In this document: piece after piece, positions 10,062 through 20,727 of the stretch | Layout of the letters: each line of letters opens with the position of its first letter | How positions within the stretch are numbered: the stretch's first letter is position 1 | Assembly (NCBI GenBank): GCA_963719515.1 | Contig: CAVRCJ010000003.1 | Location: 296,144-360,143 of the forward strand | DNA length: 64,000 nt | DNA from: an uncultured cyanobacterium | Lineage (GTDB): Bacteria; Cyanobacteriota; Cyanobacteriia; CAKZMO01 | Reading direction: 5' to 3' | Translations under genes and position numbers: made by a program | The notes under the pieces: model-generated | What the model saw: only the letters and a program-made list of their open reading frames with translations | The model's database searches: none | Told to the model about the DNA's origin: nothing

Positions 10062-10443
10062 ACAGGAAGCCCCGCGCTCTACCCGTCAGGGTGAGCGTCG
10101 GGATGAGAGTCGCGCTAGCCGAAGTGCGCCCGCAAAATGATGCACAGCGGATAGTGCGCTCAGCGCTGAGGCTAGCAGTTGGTATGATAGAGATAGCAAG
10201 GTGATACACCCCGCAAAGAGTGTGACGGGCCCGTAGGCGAAAGCTGCAAGTCACCCGTTCCTCAGTTTGCAAATGTATCTGCGACACATAGTGCGTATCC
10301 TCCCTCGCGGAGATGAAAATTCAAAACTCTGCCGTGGGGCATCAGGCGGAGTATAAACCTATCTCAGGATATGTCTCGGCAATAGCTGGGAGTCACTGAG
10401 GAAGCCCGCGCTGTACAGCTTGCTGTCAGCGTCGGGAGGATGT
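10062..10443. repeat. Pair of ~45-nt imperfect direct repeats, each hairpin-capable, flanking a ~290-bp non-coding spacer
   Basis: GGAAGCCCCGCGCTCTAC..GTCAG..AGCGTCGGGATGA at 10062-10105 and GGAAGCCCGCGCTGTACAGC..GTCAGCGTCGGGAGGATG at 10400-10443; each contains CCCGCGCT.../...AGCGTCGGG inverted arms. Confidence 0.3.
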
Positions 10444-13226
10444 CACGCTTTTGACTCGGCGTCGGCCTTAGTCTCTGTCGCGATCGCCTTCGACGTCGCG
10501 GAGGCCTTTTTCGCAGAGGCTTTACCGGCAGTGGTCTTACTGCCGGAGGCTTTGGCCGCTGTGGATTTCTTAGCGGTAGATTTAGTGGTTTTGGCGGTAG
10601 TTTTCTTCGTTGTAGACTTGGTAGCTTTCTTCGTCGTAGACTTCGTCTTGGTCTTGCCCTTAGTTTCCGCCTTGGCCGCCAGCAGCTCCACCGCCTTTTC
10701 TAAAGTAATCGACTCAACCGTCTCCCCCTCCGGCAGCGATGCGTTGGTCTTACCGTGCTTCACGTAAAGCCCGTAGGGACCGTCATAAACGCCAATCATC
10801 TCCCCGCCATCGGGGTGGTTGCCCACCTCTCGCAGCGGCGTCGCCGACTTGCGTCCCCGTCCGCGCTTGGGCTGGGCCAATAGCTCTAGCGCCCGTTCGA
10901 GGCCCACCGCCAGGACATCGTCCTCTTTTTTTAGGGAGCGGTAATCTTTGCCGTCTTTTCCCTGGTCATGCACCACATAGGGGCCAAAGCGCCCTAGGCC
11001 GGCTTTCACCTTAGCGCCGGTATCGGGATGCTCTCCTAATAAGCGGGGCAGGGACAGCAGTCCCACCGCTTTCTCCAACGTGACGTCGTTGAGGGTCATG
11101 CCCTTAGGCAGCGAGGCCCGCTTGGGTTTTTTAGCCTTTTTGCCGTCCTCGGTTTCCTCTTCCTTGACCTCCTCGCCCATCTGCACATAAGGGCCGTAGG
11201 GGCCAATCAGAACGTAGATGGGTTCGTCGGTTTCAGGATGAATTCCGAGCTGCTGCGGGCCTTCAGTTTTTTGCTTTAGCAGCAGCTGAATCTGGTCATC
11301 AGTCAGGTCAGAGGGCGTCAGGTCGTAAGGAATAGAGGCCTTGACGGGGCCTTCCTCTCCGTCCGCCTCAATGTAGGCTCCGTAGCGACCAATGCGGACC
11401 TTGACGTCGAGACCCTCAAGGTTGACGGTGCGGGCTTCTCCGGGATCAATTTGATCCTCTCGCTGCTTGACCAGCGTATCTAGCCCGCTTTGCCCTGAAT
11501 AGAACTCCTTTAGATAGGGCAGCCAGCTGGTCTCTCCCGTAGAGATGTCGTCCAGGGTCTGCTCCATGCGGGCGGTGAAGCTGGGGTCGACGAGGTCAGG
11601 AAAATGCTGCTCTAGCAGGGCAGTGACGGCAAAGGCGGTAAACGAGGGCACCAGGGCGTTCTTAATCATCTGGGCATAGCCCCGGTCGATGATGGTGCCG
11701 ATGATGGTGGCGTAGGTGCTAGGGCGTCCAATGCCCTCGCTCTCTAGCGTTTTCACCAGAGAGGCCTCAGTGTAGCGGGCGGGGGGCTGGGTTTCGTGGC
11801 CCACTGCCTCCAGGGTGCGGCAGTCTGGGGCATCCCCCTCCCGCAGCGCTGGCAGCACCACCTCCTGGTTTTCGATGGCCGCGTTGGGGTCATCAGAGCC
11901 CTCGACGTAGGCGCGGAAGAAGCCCGGAAAGTCGATGCGCTTGCCGGAGGCGCGGAACAGGGCATTGTCTACCTGCAGCTGGACGGTGATGTGGGTCTGG
12001 CGGGCCTCAGCCATCTGAGTGGCTACGGTGCGCTTCCAGATTAGGTCGTAGAGCTGTAGGTCGCGCCCTGACAGGGCGGTTTGCTTAGGGGTGCGGAAGG
12101 TGCCGCCCGCCGGACGAATCGCCTCGTGGGCCTCCTGCGCACCCTTAGATTTGGTTGAATACTGACGCGGCGACGGGCTGAGGTAATCCTCACCGTACAT
12201 ATTCTGCACGCAGCTGCGTGCGGCGGCAATCGCCTGCTGAGACAGGTGCACCGAGTCGGTCCGCATGTAGGTGATGAAGCCCCGCTCGTAGAGGCCCTGG
12301 GCGGTGCGCATAGTGTCGCGGGCCGAGAGGCTGAGCTTGCGGTTGGCCTCCTGCTGCAGCGTGGAGGTAGTAAAGGGAGGGGAGGGCTTGCGGGTCGCCG
12401 ATCGCTCCTCTAGGCCAGCGACGGTCCAGGTCTGGGTGCGCAGCCGCTCCTGGAGCGATCGCGCCTGCTCCTCATTGAGCAGCAGCACGTTGCGGCCTTC
12501 GATAACCTGGCCGGTGGATTCGTCGAAGTCGCTGCCCGTGGCCAGCCGCGTCCCGTCTAGGGACACTAGCTTGGCGTCGAAGGGCGTTTCGTCTTTGGTC
12601 AGCTCAGCTTTTAGATCCCAGTAAGCGCCCTGGCGGAATGCGCGGCGCTCCCGCTCCCGTCTGACCAGCAATCGCACCGCCACCGACTGCACCCGGCCTG
12701 CCGACAGGCCCCAGGCGATCTTCTTCCACAGCAGCGGCGAGAGCCGGTAGCCCACCAGCCGGTCCAAGATGCGGCGAGTCTCCTGGGCATGGACCAGCTG
12801 CTCATCCACATCGCGGCAGTTTTCTAGCGCCGCCTGAATGGCGCTTTCGGTAATCTCGTGAAACACCATGCGCTTGATGGGCACGTTGGGCTTCAAAATC
12901 TGCAGCAGATGCCAGCTAATGCTTTCCCCTTCACGGTCTTCGTCCGTCGCTAGCACCAGCTCGTCAGCGTTCTTGAGGGCCTGCTTCAGCTCTTTGACAA
13001 CCTTTTTCTTGTCCTTTGGCACCACGTAAAGGGGCTGAAAATCAGACTCCACATTGACCCCCAGCTTCGCCCACTCCTCTGACTTGACCGAAGCCGGTAT
13101 CTCAGTGGCCGACTGGGGCAAATCGCGCACATGCCCCATGGACGCTTCCACCTGGTAGCCCGCTGGTAAGTAGTTTCGAATTGTCTTTGCCTTTGTCGGA
13201 GATTCAACAATAACGAGTGTTGACAT
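10443..13226 (-). CDS. topA: DNA topoisomerase I
   Basis: 927 aa; TOPRIM start [16 protein letters not shown], catalytic-domain motifs, several C-terminal Zn-ribbon-less Topo_C repeats (GxxGPY) and a Lys/Thr/Ala-rich basic tail. Confidence 0.95.
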   Translation of the reverse strand: MSTLVIVESPTKAKTIRNYLPAGYQVEASMGHVRDLPQSATEIPASVKSEEWAKLGVNVESDFQPLYVVPKDKKKVVKELKQALKNADELVLATDEDREGESISWHLLQILKPNVPIKRMVFHEITESAIQAALENCRDVDEQLVHAQETRRILDRLVGYRLSPLLWKKIAWGLSAGRVQSVAVRLLVRRERERRAFRQGAYWDLKAELTKDETPFDAKLVSLDGTRLATGSDFDESTGQVIEGRNVLLLNEEQARSLQERLRTQTWTVAGLEERSATRKPSPPFTTSTLQQEANRKLSLSARDTMRTAQGLYERGFITYMRTDSVHLSQQAIAAARSCVQNMYGEDYLSPSPRQYSTKSKGAQEAHEAIRPAGGTFRTPKQTALSGRDLQLYDLIWKRTVATQMAEARQTHITVQLQVDNALFRASGKRIDFPGFFRAYVEGSDDPNAAIENQEVVLPALREGDAPDCRTLEAVGHETQPPARYTEASLVKTLESEGIGRPSTYATIIGTIIDRGYAQMIKNALVPSFTAFAVTALLEQHFPDLVDPSFTARMEQTLDDISTGETSWLPYLKEFYSGQSGLDTLVKQREDQIDPGEARTVNLEGLDVKVRIGRYGAYIEADGEEGPVKASIPYDLTPSDLTDDQIQLLLKQKTEGPQQLGIHPETDEPIYVLIGPYGPYVQMGEEVKEEETEDGKKAKKPKRASLPKGMTLNDVTLEKAVGLLSLPRLLGEHPDTGAKVKAGLGRFGPYVVHDQGKDGKDYRSLKKEDDVLAVGLERALELLAQPKRGRGRKSATPLREVGNHPDGGEMIGVYDGPYGLYVKHGKTNASLPEGETVESITLEKAVELLAAKAETKGKTKTKSTTKKATKSTTKKTTAKTTKSTAKKSTAAKASGSKTTAGKASAKKASATSKAIATETKADAESKA

Positions 13227-13670
13227 GGGCTTTTAATTAAAACGTATCTAATGGTGTGAGTATCTTTGAGGCTTAGTCTAGCGCCACAAACCTTAGAGCT
13301 GCCGGTGGTCCGTGCGGCGGTGGGTCAGAGGATTGCGTGTCTACGAGCTTACCGATAAACGGGTGTGTCCCTATCTACAGGCTATAGTCACATTAGCGGT
13401 ATCGCTGGCATACCCATCCTGATTCTGTTATATATCTTTGTTGAGATTGCGCCAACAGACCTTCACGCCGTGTCTAATGTTTTACTTATAGCCAATACCA
13501 GCAGAAAACAAGGTGAAGTTATCCCTACCCGTGCCAAAATCCAGAGAGGTCACGCGGTATGATTCTCTGTAACGGATCATTACGGCTCTGATCGCAGACT
13601 CTGGGATAGCCAAGCCCAACTCGCTTTCTCCGTCAATCGTTAATGAATAGACCTACAGCGCCAATTTAGT

Positions 13671-15224
13671 ATGGATATTGCTAATTTATCGAGTCAGCTC
13701 AACGCAGGGGCAGTTTTGCCAGAGGGTATTGTCCTGTTGTCCTTGCTCACCGTTTTGGTGGGCGATTTGGTCACGGGCCGAACCTCCTCAGCCCGGTGGT
13801 CTCCCTACGTCGCCGTTGCCGGTCTGTTGGCAGCCCTGATTCCGCTCTATTGGCGGTGGAATATCGGAGAGACGTCCGCCTTCCTGGGGGCCTTCGATTC
13901 AGATCCCCTGAGCGTTGTCTTCCGGGGCATTATTGTCCTTTCAACCGCTATTACTATCCTGATTTCGGTGCGGTACGTTCAGCAGTCCGGGACTCCCCTG
14001 GCTGAATTTATCGTCATCTTGCTGACGGCTACCCTAGGCGGCATGTTCCTCTCTGGCGCAACAGAGCTGGTGATGATCTTCGTTGCGCTAGAGACCCTAA
14101 GTATTTCTTCTTATCTGCTGACGGGCTATATGAAGCGCGACCCGCGCTCTAACGAGGCGGCCCTCAAGTATCTCCTGATTGGCGCGGCCAGTTCCGCCAT
14201 TTTCCTATACGGCTCGTCCCTGCTCTACGGCCTCTCTGGCGGAGAAACCCAGCTGACGGCGATCGCGGCCCAGCTCACGGACAGCAACGATCTGGGTCTG
14301 CTTATTGCCCTGGTCTTCGTGATTGCGGGCATTGCCTTTAAGATTGCTGCTGTTCCTTTCCATCAGTGGACCCCCGACGTCTATGAAGGGTCGCCAACGC
14401 CGATTGTGGCCTTTTTATCCGTAGGCTCGAAGACCGCTGGCTTTGCCCTCGCCGTACGGATGTTGGTGACGACTTTCCCCCTGATCTCCGATCAGTGGCA
14501 GTTTGTGCTCACGGCTCTAGCAGCCCTGAGCATGGTTCTGGGTAACGTGGTGGCCTTGGCCCAAACCAGTATGAAGCGGCTGCTGGCCTATTCCTCTATC
14601 GGCCAGGCGGGCTTTGTGATGATTGGTCTGGTGGTGGGGACTGAGACCGGCTACGCCAGCATGGTGTTCTATCTCTTGGTCTATCTACTGATGAACCTAG
14701 GGGGCTTTGCCTGCATCATTCTATTCACCCTGCGCACTGGGACTGATGAGATCACCGAGTACAGTGGCCTATACCAAAAGGATCCGCTGCTGACGCTGGC
14801 GCTGAGCATCTGTTTGCTATCTCTAGGCGGAATTCCACCATTAGCCGGGTTCTTCGGCAAAATCTACCTGTTCTGGGCAGGCTGGCAGGCCGGAGCCTAC
14901 GGCTTGGTCTTGTTGGGACTGGTCACCAGCGTCGTCTCCATCTACTACTACATTCGCGTCGTGAAGATGATGGTGGTCAAAGAGCCCCACGAGATGTCTG
15001 ACGCCGTCAAGAACTACCCTGAAGTGCGCTGGGATTTGCCGGGAATGCGCCCGATTCAAGTAGCGATTGTGATCACGCTGGTGGGCACCTCTCTAGCAGG
15101 CATCCTTTCCAACCCGCTGTTTGCGATCGCCAACGGTTCGATAGCCCGTACGCCTCTGTTCCAGCCCAGCCTCACGACTTCGGCGGCAGCGCTCTCGCCA
15201 GTGGAAAGCGCAGAGACGCTTTAG
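13671..15224 (+). CDS. ndhB: NAD(P)H-quinone oxidoreductase subunit 2 (NDH-1 subunit B)
   Basis: 517-aa polytopic membrane protein; N-terminus [21 protein letters not shown] and the internal proton-pumping-subunit pattern match cyanobacterial NdhB. Confidence 0.95.
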   Translation: MDIANLSSQLNAGAVLPEGIVLLSLLTVLVGDLVTGRTSSARWSPYVAVAGLLAALIPLYWRWNIGETSAFLGAFDSDPLSVVFRGIIVLSTAITILISVRYVQQSGTPLAEFIVILLTATLGGMFLSGATELVMIFVALETLSISSYLLTGYMKRDPRSNEAALKYLLIGAASSAIFLYGSSLLYGLSGGETQLTAIAAQLTDSNDLGLLIALVFVIAGIAFKIAAVPFHQWTPDVYEGSPTPIVAFLSVGSKTAGFALAVRMLVTTFPLISDQWQFVLTALAALSMVLGNVVALAQTSMKRLLAYSSIGQAGFVMIGLVVGTETGYASMVFYLLVYLLMNLGGFACIILFTLRTGTDEITEYSGLYQKDPLLTLALSICLLSLGGIPPLAGFFGKIYLFWAGWQAGAYGLVLLGLVTSVVSIYYYIRVVKMMVVKEPHEMSDAVKNYPEVRWDLPGMRPIQVAIVITLVGTSLAGILSNPLFAIANGSIARTPLFQPSLTTSAAALSPVESAETL

Positions 15225-15232
15225 GATCAGCG

Positions 15233-17746
15233 TCACCGCTCGCGGTCTGGGAGGCGCGAGGCGCGATCTGACCGGCTAGATAGCCGCAGCTCCGCCTCGG
15301 CGATCGCCTCCCAGGCTGTTGCTGCCGCCTCTGCTGGAACAGAGATGGCGCCAATGCCCCACTCTACAAGTGACGCAATCGTCTGGGGGTGCTGGCTCGG
15401 CAAATCGCCGCAGATGGCGCTGGCGATACCGAGCTGTGCCGCCTGCTCGACGAGCTGTTTGATGGCCCGCAGCAGCGCTGGATGGGTGTGAAAGCGACTG
15501 CTGATGTCAGGCTGACTACGGTCGGCGGCAAACAGCAGCTGGGCTAGGTCATTGCTGCCCACCGCGATGCCCTGAACCCCTGCCTGCACGTACTCCGGCA
15601 GCAGCAGCAGCACTGACGGCACCTCCGCCATAATCCACAGCTGAAAACTCCCTACCTGGTTTAGCTGAGCCCGGACGATCATTTCCTGGGCGTAGGTGAC
15701 CTCTTTCACAGACCGCACAAACGGCAGCACCAGCCGCAAGTTTGAGTATCCGGCCTGCTGGACCTGACGCAGGGCCGCTAGCTCAGTCTCGAACAGCTCG
15801 GGGTAAAGGCTGTAGCTATAGGTGCCGTGCTGACCTAGAGCCGGATTCCGCTCGTGAGGCTGCGGGGCTCCTTCGAGGTAGGAATACTCATCCGTGCAGA
15901 GATCGAGAGAGCGATAGAACACGGGGTCTGGAAACACTGCCGCCGCTATTTGGCTGATGCGGGCGGCGATGCGGGCAACGAGTGAAGCTCGATTTCCAGT
16001 GGAGAGCCAGTGGAGGGGATGCCGCTGCTCTAATAGCGGCAGGAGCAGTAGCTCCGAGCGCAGTAGACCAATGCCGTCGATGGGAATGTTGGTGACGCTA
16101 TAGAGCTGGTCGATGTGGCTGAGGGTGAGCATCAGCTTGGTGCGCGAAGTCTTTTGGGACGGCGATAGGCTGCAGAAACTCCCTATGGGGCGAATCCGAT
16201 ACTCTAATGTGTTGGCGGCCTTGGGCTTGAAAGGGGTTCTCCGAGCTAGGTGCAGTAGTGCGTGACGGTGCTTTGAGGTATTTTCGGCGGAGGAAATAGC
16301 GCTAGGGGAACCACTAGGGGGGAACTGAACGACGCTGCCGCGATCGCCATCTAGTACAACGATGTCTCCGTCCTGCAGAAGCTGGGTAGCGTTAGTGACC
16401 CCGACCACAGCCGGAATGCCCAATCCCCGGGTCAAGATCGCCGCATGGCTCGTCATCCCTCCCTGCTCCGTTACCACGCCAGCAGACTGCTGGAGCAGCG
16501 GCATCCAGTCTATGGTGACGTCCACAGCAAGCAAAATAGCGTTGGGGGGAATCCAATCTCGGGGGGAGTGGACCCGATAAATCCGCCCCCTCACCTGTCC
16601 TGGGGATGCTCCTAGGCCCGTTAGGCTGGCTGGGGGTGCTGCCAGCCGCTGGTTCACCGGTAGGGCCGCCTTGTGCTCTATAGACGGGCAGGGGGGACCA
16701 GATGGTTCGGTCTGCTCGACGGTAGCCGGTTGCGCTGGGGCCGTAAGCTGGGTGAGATAGACAGAGCTGTCTTGGTGGGGGCGATCGCAGATTATCCAGT
16801 CCAGCTTAATTTGAGTCGCGGCAGTTGGCTTGTGGGACCAATGCTCCGCAACAGAGCGGCCCAGCGTGACGAGCTGCTGCCGCTGGGTTGGGCTGAGAAT
16901 AGAGGGCTGGAGGCATTGCCGGTACTGCAGGGTTGGGGGGACGCCGATAAGCAGGCCAGGAGCCTCTGCTTTGGGACTGTCACTAGATCCAAGCCAGTAA
17001 GCATGGGTCTGCTGGGCAGCGCTGTCTTGCGTTTGAGCCGCTTGGCCGGTTTGAGCAGACTGCTTAAAATCTACATGGTGACATTCGGGCAATGCTTCCC
17101 CTAGGGCGAGGGCATGGCCCAGTCCTTGGACGCTTCGCAGGGTCAGCCGACTATCTTTAATTTCTAAGTCCCCCGACGCGACGGCGGGCAGCAGCGGTTG
17201 AATCACGAGGGCTAGCTTCACCTGGGTCAGACAAACCCCAATTTTTCGCCAATAAAATAGACTGCTGGCCGCAAACAGCTGCGCCCAAGCCGCCTTCATG
17301 CCGCCAACAGCCGCCTCTAGGTTCGCTAAAGTAAGCTGCGATCGCAGCAGCCCTTTCGGGGGTGGCATTGCCATTCCCTCTACCGTAAGAGAGGGGCGAA
17401 AGACGAGGGTAGAGGCCTGCAGCTCGGCAAGATACTGCTCTAGGGGCGATCGCCAGCGCTGTGGTAACGGCTGAGCGTGGATAGTCCCCTGCAGCTGCTG
17501 GGCCACAGACTGGAGCTGATAGGAGTCATTGACGTTAACCTGTAGCGCTGACGCTGGCAGGCCGTCCGTTAGAGGCTCTCCCCAGTCAATTTGAGCTAAA
17601 AACTGAGGCCACATTGGTGCTGTAGCGACGAGCCCAGGCACACTTTGAAATCCCCGCTGCAGCAGCGAAGCAAGATGAGCAGCTTTACTGCCTACGACGA
17701 GCGGATCTTCAGCTCGGGGATCGCTAAGAGAATAAAAGGAGACCAT
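15233..17746 (-). CDS. PEP-utilizing enzyme family protein (phosphoenolpyruvate synthase / pyruvate,water dikinase-like)
   Basis: N-terminal PEP/pyruvate-binding region (GSKAAHLASL), central phosphohistidine mobile domain (GGMTSHAAILTRGLGIPAVVG) and C-terminal PEP-utilizing TIM-barrel; start chosen at ATG 17746 (MVSFYSL...) by alignment with PpsA N-termini. Confidence 0.7.
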   Translation of the reverse strand: MVSFYSLSDPRAEDPLVVGSKAAHLASLLQRGFQSVPGLVATAPMWPQFLAQIDWGEPLTDGLPASALQVNVNDSYQLQSVAQQLQGTIHAQPLPQRWRSPLEQYLAELQASTLVFRPSLTVEGMAMPPPKGLLRSQLTLANLEAAVGGMKAAWAQLFAASSLFYWRKIGVCLTQVKLALVIQPLLPAVASGDLEIKDSRLTLRSVQGLGHALALGEALPECHHVDFKQSAQTGQAAQTQDSAAQQTHAYWLGSSDSPKAEAPGLLIGVPPTLQYRQCLQPSILSPTQRQQLVTLGRSVAEHWSHKPTAATQIKLDWIICDRPHQDSSVYLTQLTAPAQPATVEQTEPSGPPCPSIEHKAALPVNQRLAAPPASLTGLGASPGQVRGRIYRVHSPRDWIPPNAILLAVDVTIDWMPLLQQSAGVVTEQGGMTSHAAILTRGLGIPAVVGVTNATQLLQDGDIVVLDGDRGSVVQFPPSGSPSAISSAENTSKHRHALLHLARRTPFKPKAANTLEYRIRPIGSFCSLSPSQKTSRTKLMLTLSHIDQLYSVTNIPIDGIGLLRSELLLLPLLEQRHPLHWLSTGNRASLVARIAARISQIAAAVFPDPVFYRSLDLCTDEYSYLEGAPQPHERNPALGQHGTYSYSLYPELFETELAALRQVQQAGYSNLRLVLPFVRSVKEVTYAQEMIVRAQLNQVGSFQLWIMAEVPSVLLLLPEYVQAGVQGIAVGSNDLAQLLFAADRSQPDISSRFHTHPALLRAIKQLVEQAAQLGIASAICGDLPSQHPQTIASLVEWGIGAISVPAEAAATAWEAIAEAELRLSSRSDRASRLPDRER

Positions 17747-17952
17747 ATGCGCTGGAGGCGTTCCTTGAAGGGGGCGCTGCAAACCGAAGCGTAACGCATT
17801 TAGCGCCAGGATAACTGTCCATTGAGTGAGCAAAGCTCCTCAGACCTAATCGATAGGTGACCTTGTGTCAATGGAGAACAGCCACATCTTGACACAAGAT
17901 CTGCCTCAAATACCATTTTCGCGAAGCAGCGAATTCGTAAAGCAGCCCAGTT

Positions 17953-19074
17953 GTGAAGTGGTACATTGAAGGACCGGCACGGCGTCTACTGCCATGCCCT
18001 TACCACCCTTACCGACCCCTACCCACGATGGTTCAGGCGAGCGATTCAGTCGCAGTACCGCAGGACGAGCAAAGTCCATCAGTCGATTCTCTTTCCCCTC
18101 CGTTCCAGCTTCCCGACCCTGAGGACGATGGCGTCTCAGATGTGGAGTTTCAGCAGCAGGTGACCGTTGCCTGGCAAATTTGCCATCGATTTGACCTACA
18201 GACCGATATTTGGCGGGGTCGCATCCTCACCGTGGTGCGCGATCGCGAAAGCCGCCGAGGGGAGGGGCGAGGCACTGGCTTTTTAAACTGGCTCAAGGAC
18301 CACGAAATCAGTAAATCCCAGGCCTACCGGCTCATTGAGCTGGCGGACAGCGCCGACGCCGTGTTTGAAGAAGGCTGGCTACAGCCCCAGGACGTCAACC
18401 AGTTCAGTAAGCAGGCTTTTTTAGAGACGGCACAGGCAGCACCCGAGGTGCGCCAGTTGGTGAGCGAAGCGGCTCAGCGGGGCGATCGGATCACGCGGCA
18501 AAACGTGCGGCAGCTCTCGGACGACTGGAGCGCCATGACCTCAGAGCTAGTGCCCGACCAAGTGCGGCAAAAGGTGGCCAACGACGTCATCCCTACCCGC
18601 TACGTGGGACCGCTGGTGAAGGAGCTAGAAAAGCTACCCCCCTCCCACCAGTCTTCCCTACAGGAGGAGCTGGTGGAGAACCCTGACCTCGATACCCTGA
18701 AGCAGGTGACCGCAGACGCTCGCTCATTGGCAAAGTACTTGGCCGCCGCCGAGCAGGTGCAGGCCATCCGCGAGACTTTAGATATGGAGGCCGCTCTTGA
18801 TGAGGCGCTGCGGGTGGGCTGCTTAACGGCGGTGGCGGATATGGTGCAGCAGGCGGGCCAGCTGGAGCAGGCGATCGCCCGGGTGTATACCACCTGGAAG
18901 CGGGTGGTGCAGCTTTCGGAGCGGGTCTATGTGGATAGCGGAGCCAGCACGCCACATTTGCGATCGCTATTGGCCCATTTAGAGCCGCTGAGCGGGGAGA
19001 CCGTCGAGATTCAGATGGGGGAGCCGGACAGCGGGTTTTTCCGGCAAATTCGCCTGACTATAGAAGACACCTAG
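17953..19074 (+). CDS. Hypothetical protein (acidic, helical)
   Basis: Long ORF with coding-like composition; no recognised motif; alternative ATG start at 18028. Confidence 0.4.
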   Translation: MKWYIEGPARRLLPCPYHPYRPLPTMVQASDSVAVPQDEQSPSVDSLSPPFQLPDPEDDGVSDVEFQQQVTVAWQICHRFDLQTDIWRGRILTVVRDRESRRGEGRGTGFLNWLKDHEISKSQAYRLIELADSADAVFEEGWLQPQDVNQFSKQAFLETAQAAPEVRQLVSEAAQRGDRITRQNVRQLSDDWSAMTSELVPDQVRQKVANDVIPTRYVGPLVKELEKLPPSHQSSLQEELVENPDLDTLKQVTADARSLAKYLAAAEQVQAIRETLDMEAALDEALRVGCLTAVADMVQQAGQLEQAIARVYTTWKRVVQLSERVYVDSGASTPHLRSLLAHLEPLSGETVEIQMGEPDSGFFRQIRLTIEDT

Positions 19075-19215
19075 ACTTAGCTGCTCCTGTTTACCCTACT
19101 CGTCGCTGGATACTGAGGCAGGCTCGCCTCTGGGTACTAAGGCGGGCTCGCCTCAGCGCGGTCGGTAATCCTAAGTAAGGTGGTGTACAGAGTTCTCAGC
19201 TGCAGATGCGATTGC

Positions 19216-20358
19216 CTAAACACGCTGAGCCCAAACCGCATTTACGTCCGCTTCCAGACGCGCCACAAGCTGATCACGCTGTTTGTACAGCCGCTTCAAC
19301 GGTCGAGGCGCACAGTGCTTGAGGACATAGGCTGCCAAAATAGGCAGGGCGATGGTGCTGTCGGTGTAGCACACCACGCTGCTGGGCAGCTCGTTGGGGT
19401 CGAGCTTGCCCCAGCTTACGGCCTCGCTTGGCGTTGCCCCCGACAGCCCTCCGGTATCGGGCCGCGCGTCGGTAACCTGCATGAAGTAATCGTGTCCCCG
19501 CTCCTCCAAGCCGAGCACCTCGTGTAGGTGGGGCTGGGTTTGAAGCAAAAAGTTTTTGGGGCTACCTCCCCCCAGAATCAAAGCGGCGCTCTTGCCGCGA
19601 TTGTCCGGGTCTCTGGCCCCGTAGGCGATCGCCGCCGTCTCGTTGACGTCAAGGGAGGGGTCTAGCACCAGCTGGTTGCCCCTCAAGGCTAGGGCCGCGA
19701 CGTTCATGCCGATAGAGCTGTCGCCCGGAGACGAGGTATAGATAGGAACGTCACATTGGTAAGCCGTCGACAGCAAACAGGTATGCTCTGCCCCCCGGTG
19801 GGCCTCTACCTGGGCGATCGCTTCCCCAAGCCGATAGTGCAGCTCGGCGGTGCTCATGCGCCTTTGAAAGCAGGCGGACTGCAGTACAGCACGGATGAAG
19901 GCGTCGGTTTCCAACAGGACGCTGTAGTCAAACACGATGTCATAGATACGGATGCTGCCCTGGGCTCTGAGCTGAGCGTCATCCATCTGAGGCTGCCCTT
20001 TGCTTAGACAGTGGCCCAAGCCATAGTGCAAATCGTGGTAGAGGTTGGCCCCTGTGCTGATGATGTAGTCAATCGCCCCCGCCCGAATTAGGGGAGCTAG
20101 CACCGAGGTGCCAAACCCGGCTGGCGTCAGCGCCCCAGACAGGCTGAGGCCAACGGTAACGTCAGGCTTGACCACCTGTCGATGGAGCAGCTGGCACAGC
20201 TCCCTCAATCGGGCAGAGTTGTAGGCCGTGAAGTACGAATTAACAATTTCTTCGAAAGGCGTCTCTGCCGTCAGGGGGGTCGGAGAAATTTTTTGGCGAT
20301 TCGCCTTGGTCATGGTGTTTAGGAGTTCCTTCGGAATTAATGTCGATGTGCCGCGCAA
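19216..20358 (-). CDS. Deoxyhypusine synthase-like protein
   Basis: Conserved DHS blocks (GLSLSGALTPAGFG, IDYIISTGANLYHDLH, NAD-binding region); the true start may be the internal ATG at 20313. Confidence 0.85.
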   Translation of the reverse strand: MRGTSTLIPKELLNTMTKANRQKISPTPLTAETPFEEIVNSYFTAYNSARLRELCQLLHRQVVKPDVTVGLSLSGALTPAGFGTSVLAPLIRAGAIDYIISTGANLYHDLHYGLGHCLSKGQPQMDDAQLRAQGSIRIYDIVFDYSVLLETDAFIRAVLQSACFQRRMSTAELHYRLGEAIAQVEAHRGAEHTCLLSTAYQCDVPIYTSSPGDSSIGMNVAALALRGNQLVLDPSLDVNETAAIAYGARDPDNRGKSAALILGGGSPKNFLLQTQPHLHEVLGLEERGHDYFMQVTDARPDTGGLSGATPSEAVSWGKLDPNELPSSVVCYTDSTIALPILAAYVLKHCAPRPLKRLYKQRDQLVARLEADVNAVWAQRV

Positions 20359-20727
20359 ACATGCCGCAGCCTGAGACAGGTCGAAATCTTTCTTGATATC
20401 CTGGTAGAGGTAAGACCCACACGGCAGATGTGCTTATTTCGATGAAACGGTTAGAGATGCCGTAAAACTGAGGCGGCTCTCTTCTCCAGGGTGCAAAGCT
20501 ACAGTGACATGGATTTGCAGGGCAAGCGGCTATATTCCCCGCATTGCAGGATGCAGTTTAGCTATCTTAGCGCTGGCTTCTCTGCAGCTAATCCGCCTTT
20601 CCCCCTATCGCTGACGTGATCCGGACAATGCATTTAGTTTGGTGCATACGTCGTTCGTATCGTACCTAGGGCTGTTGCGTGGGTCCTGTAGCGCGCTCGA
20701 TACGCTTTTAACGCATCACCAATTCCC

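Noticed and set aside
10025-10442. tmRNA, RNase P RNA or SRP RNA in the spacer after tRNA-fMet
   Set aside because: I looked for the tRNA-like 3' domain (GGTTCGAATCC...CCA), the RNase P P4 motif (GGAAAGUCCGG) and the SRP domain IV GGAA tetraloop context; none is present.
10420-10767. 115-aa plus-strand ORF at the 3' end of topA
   Set aside because: It is the reverse translation of the repetitive Lys-rich TopA tail (AFFV repeats), an artifact of the tandem repeat.
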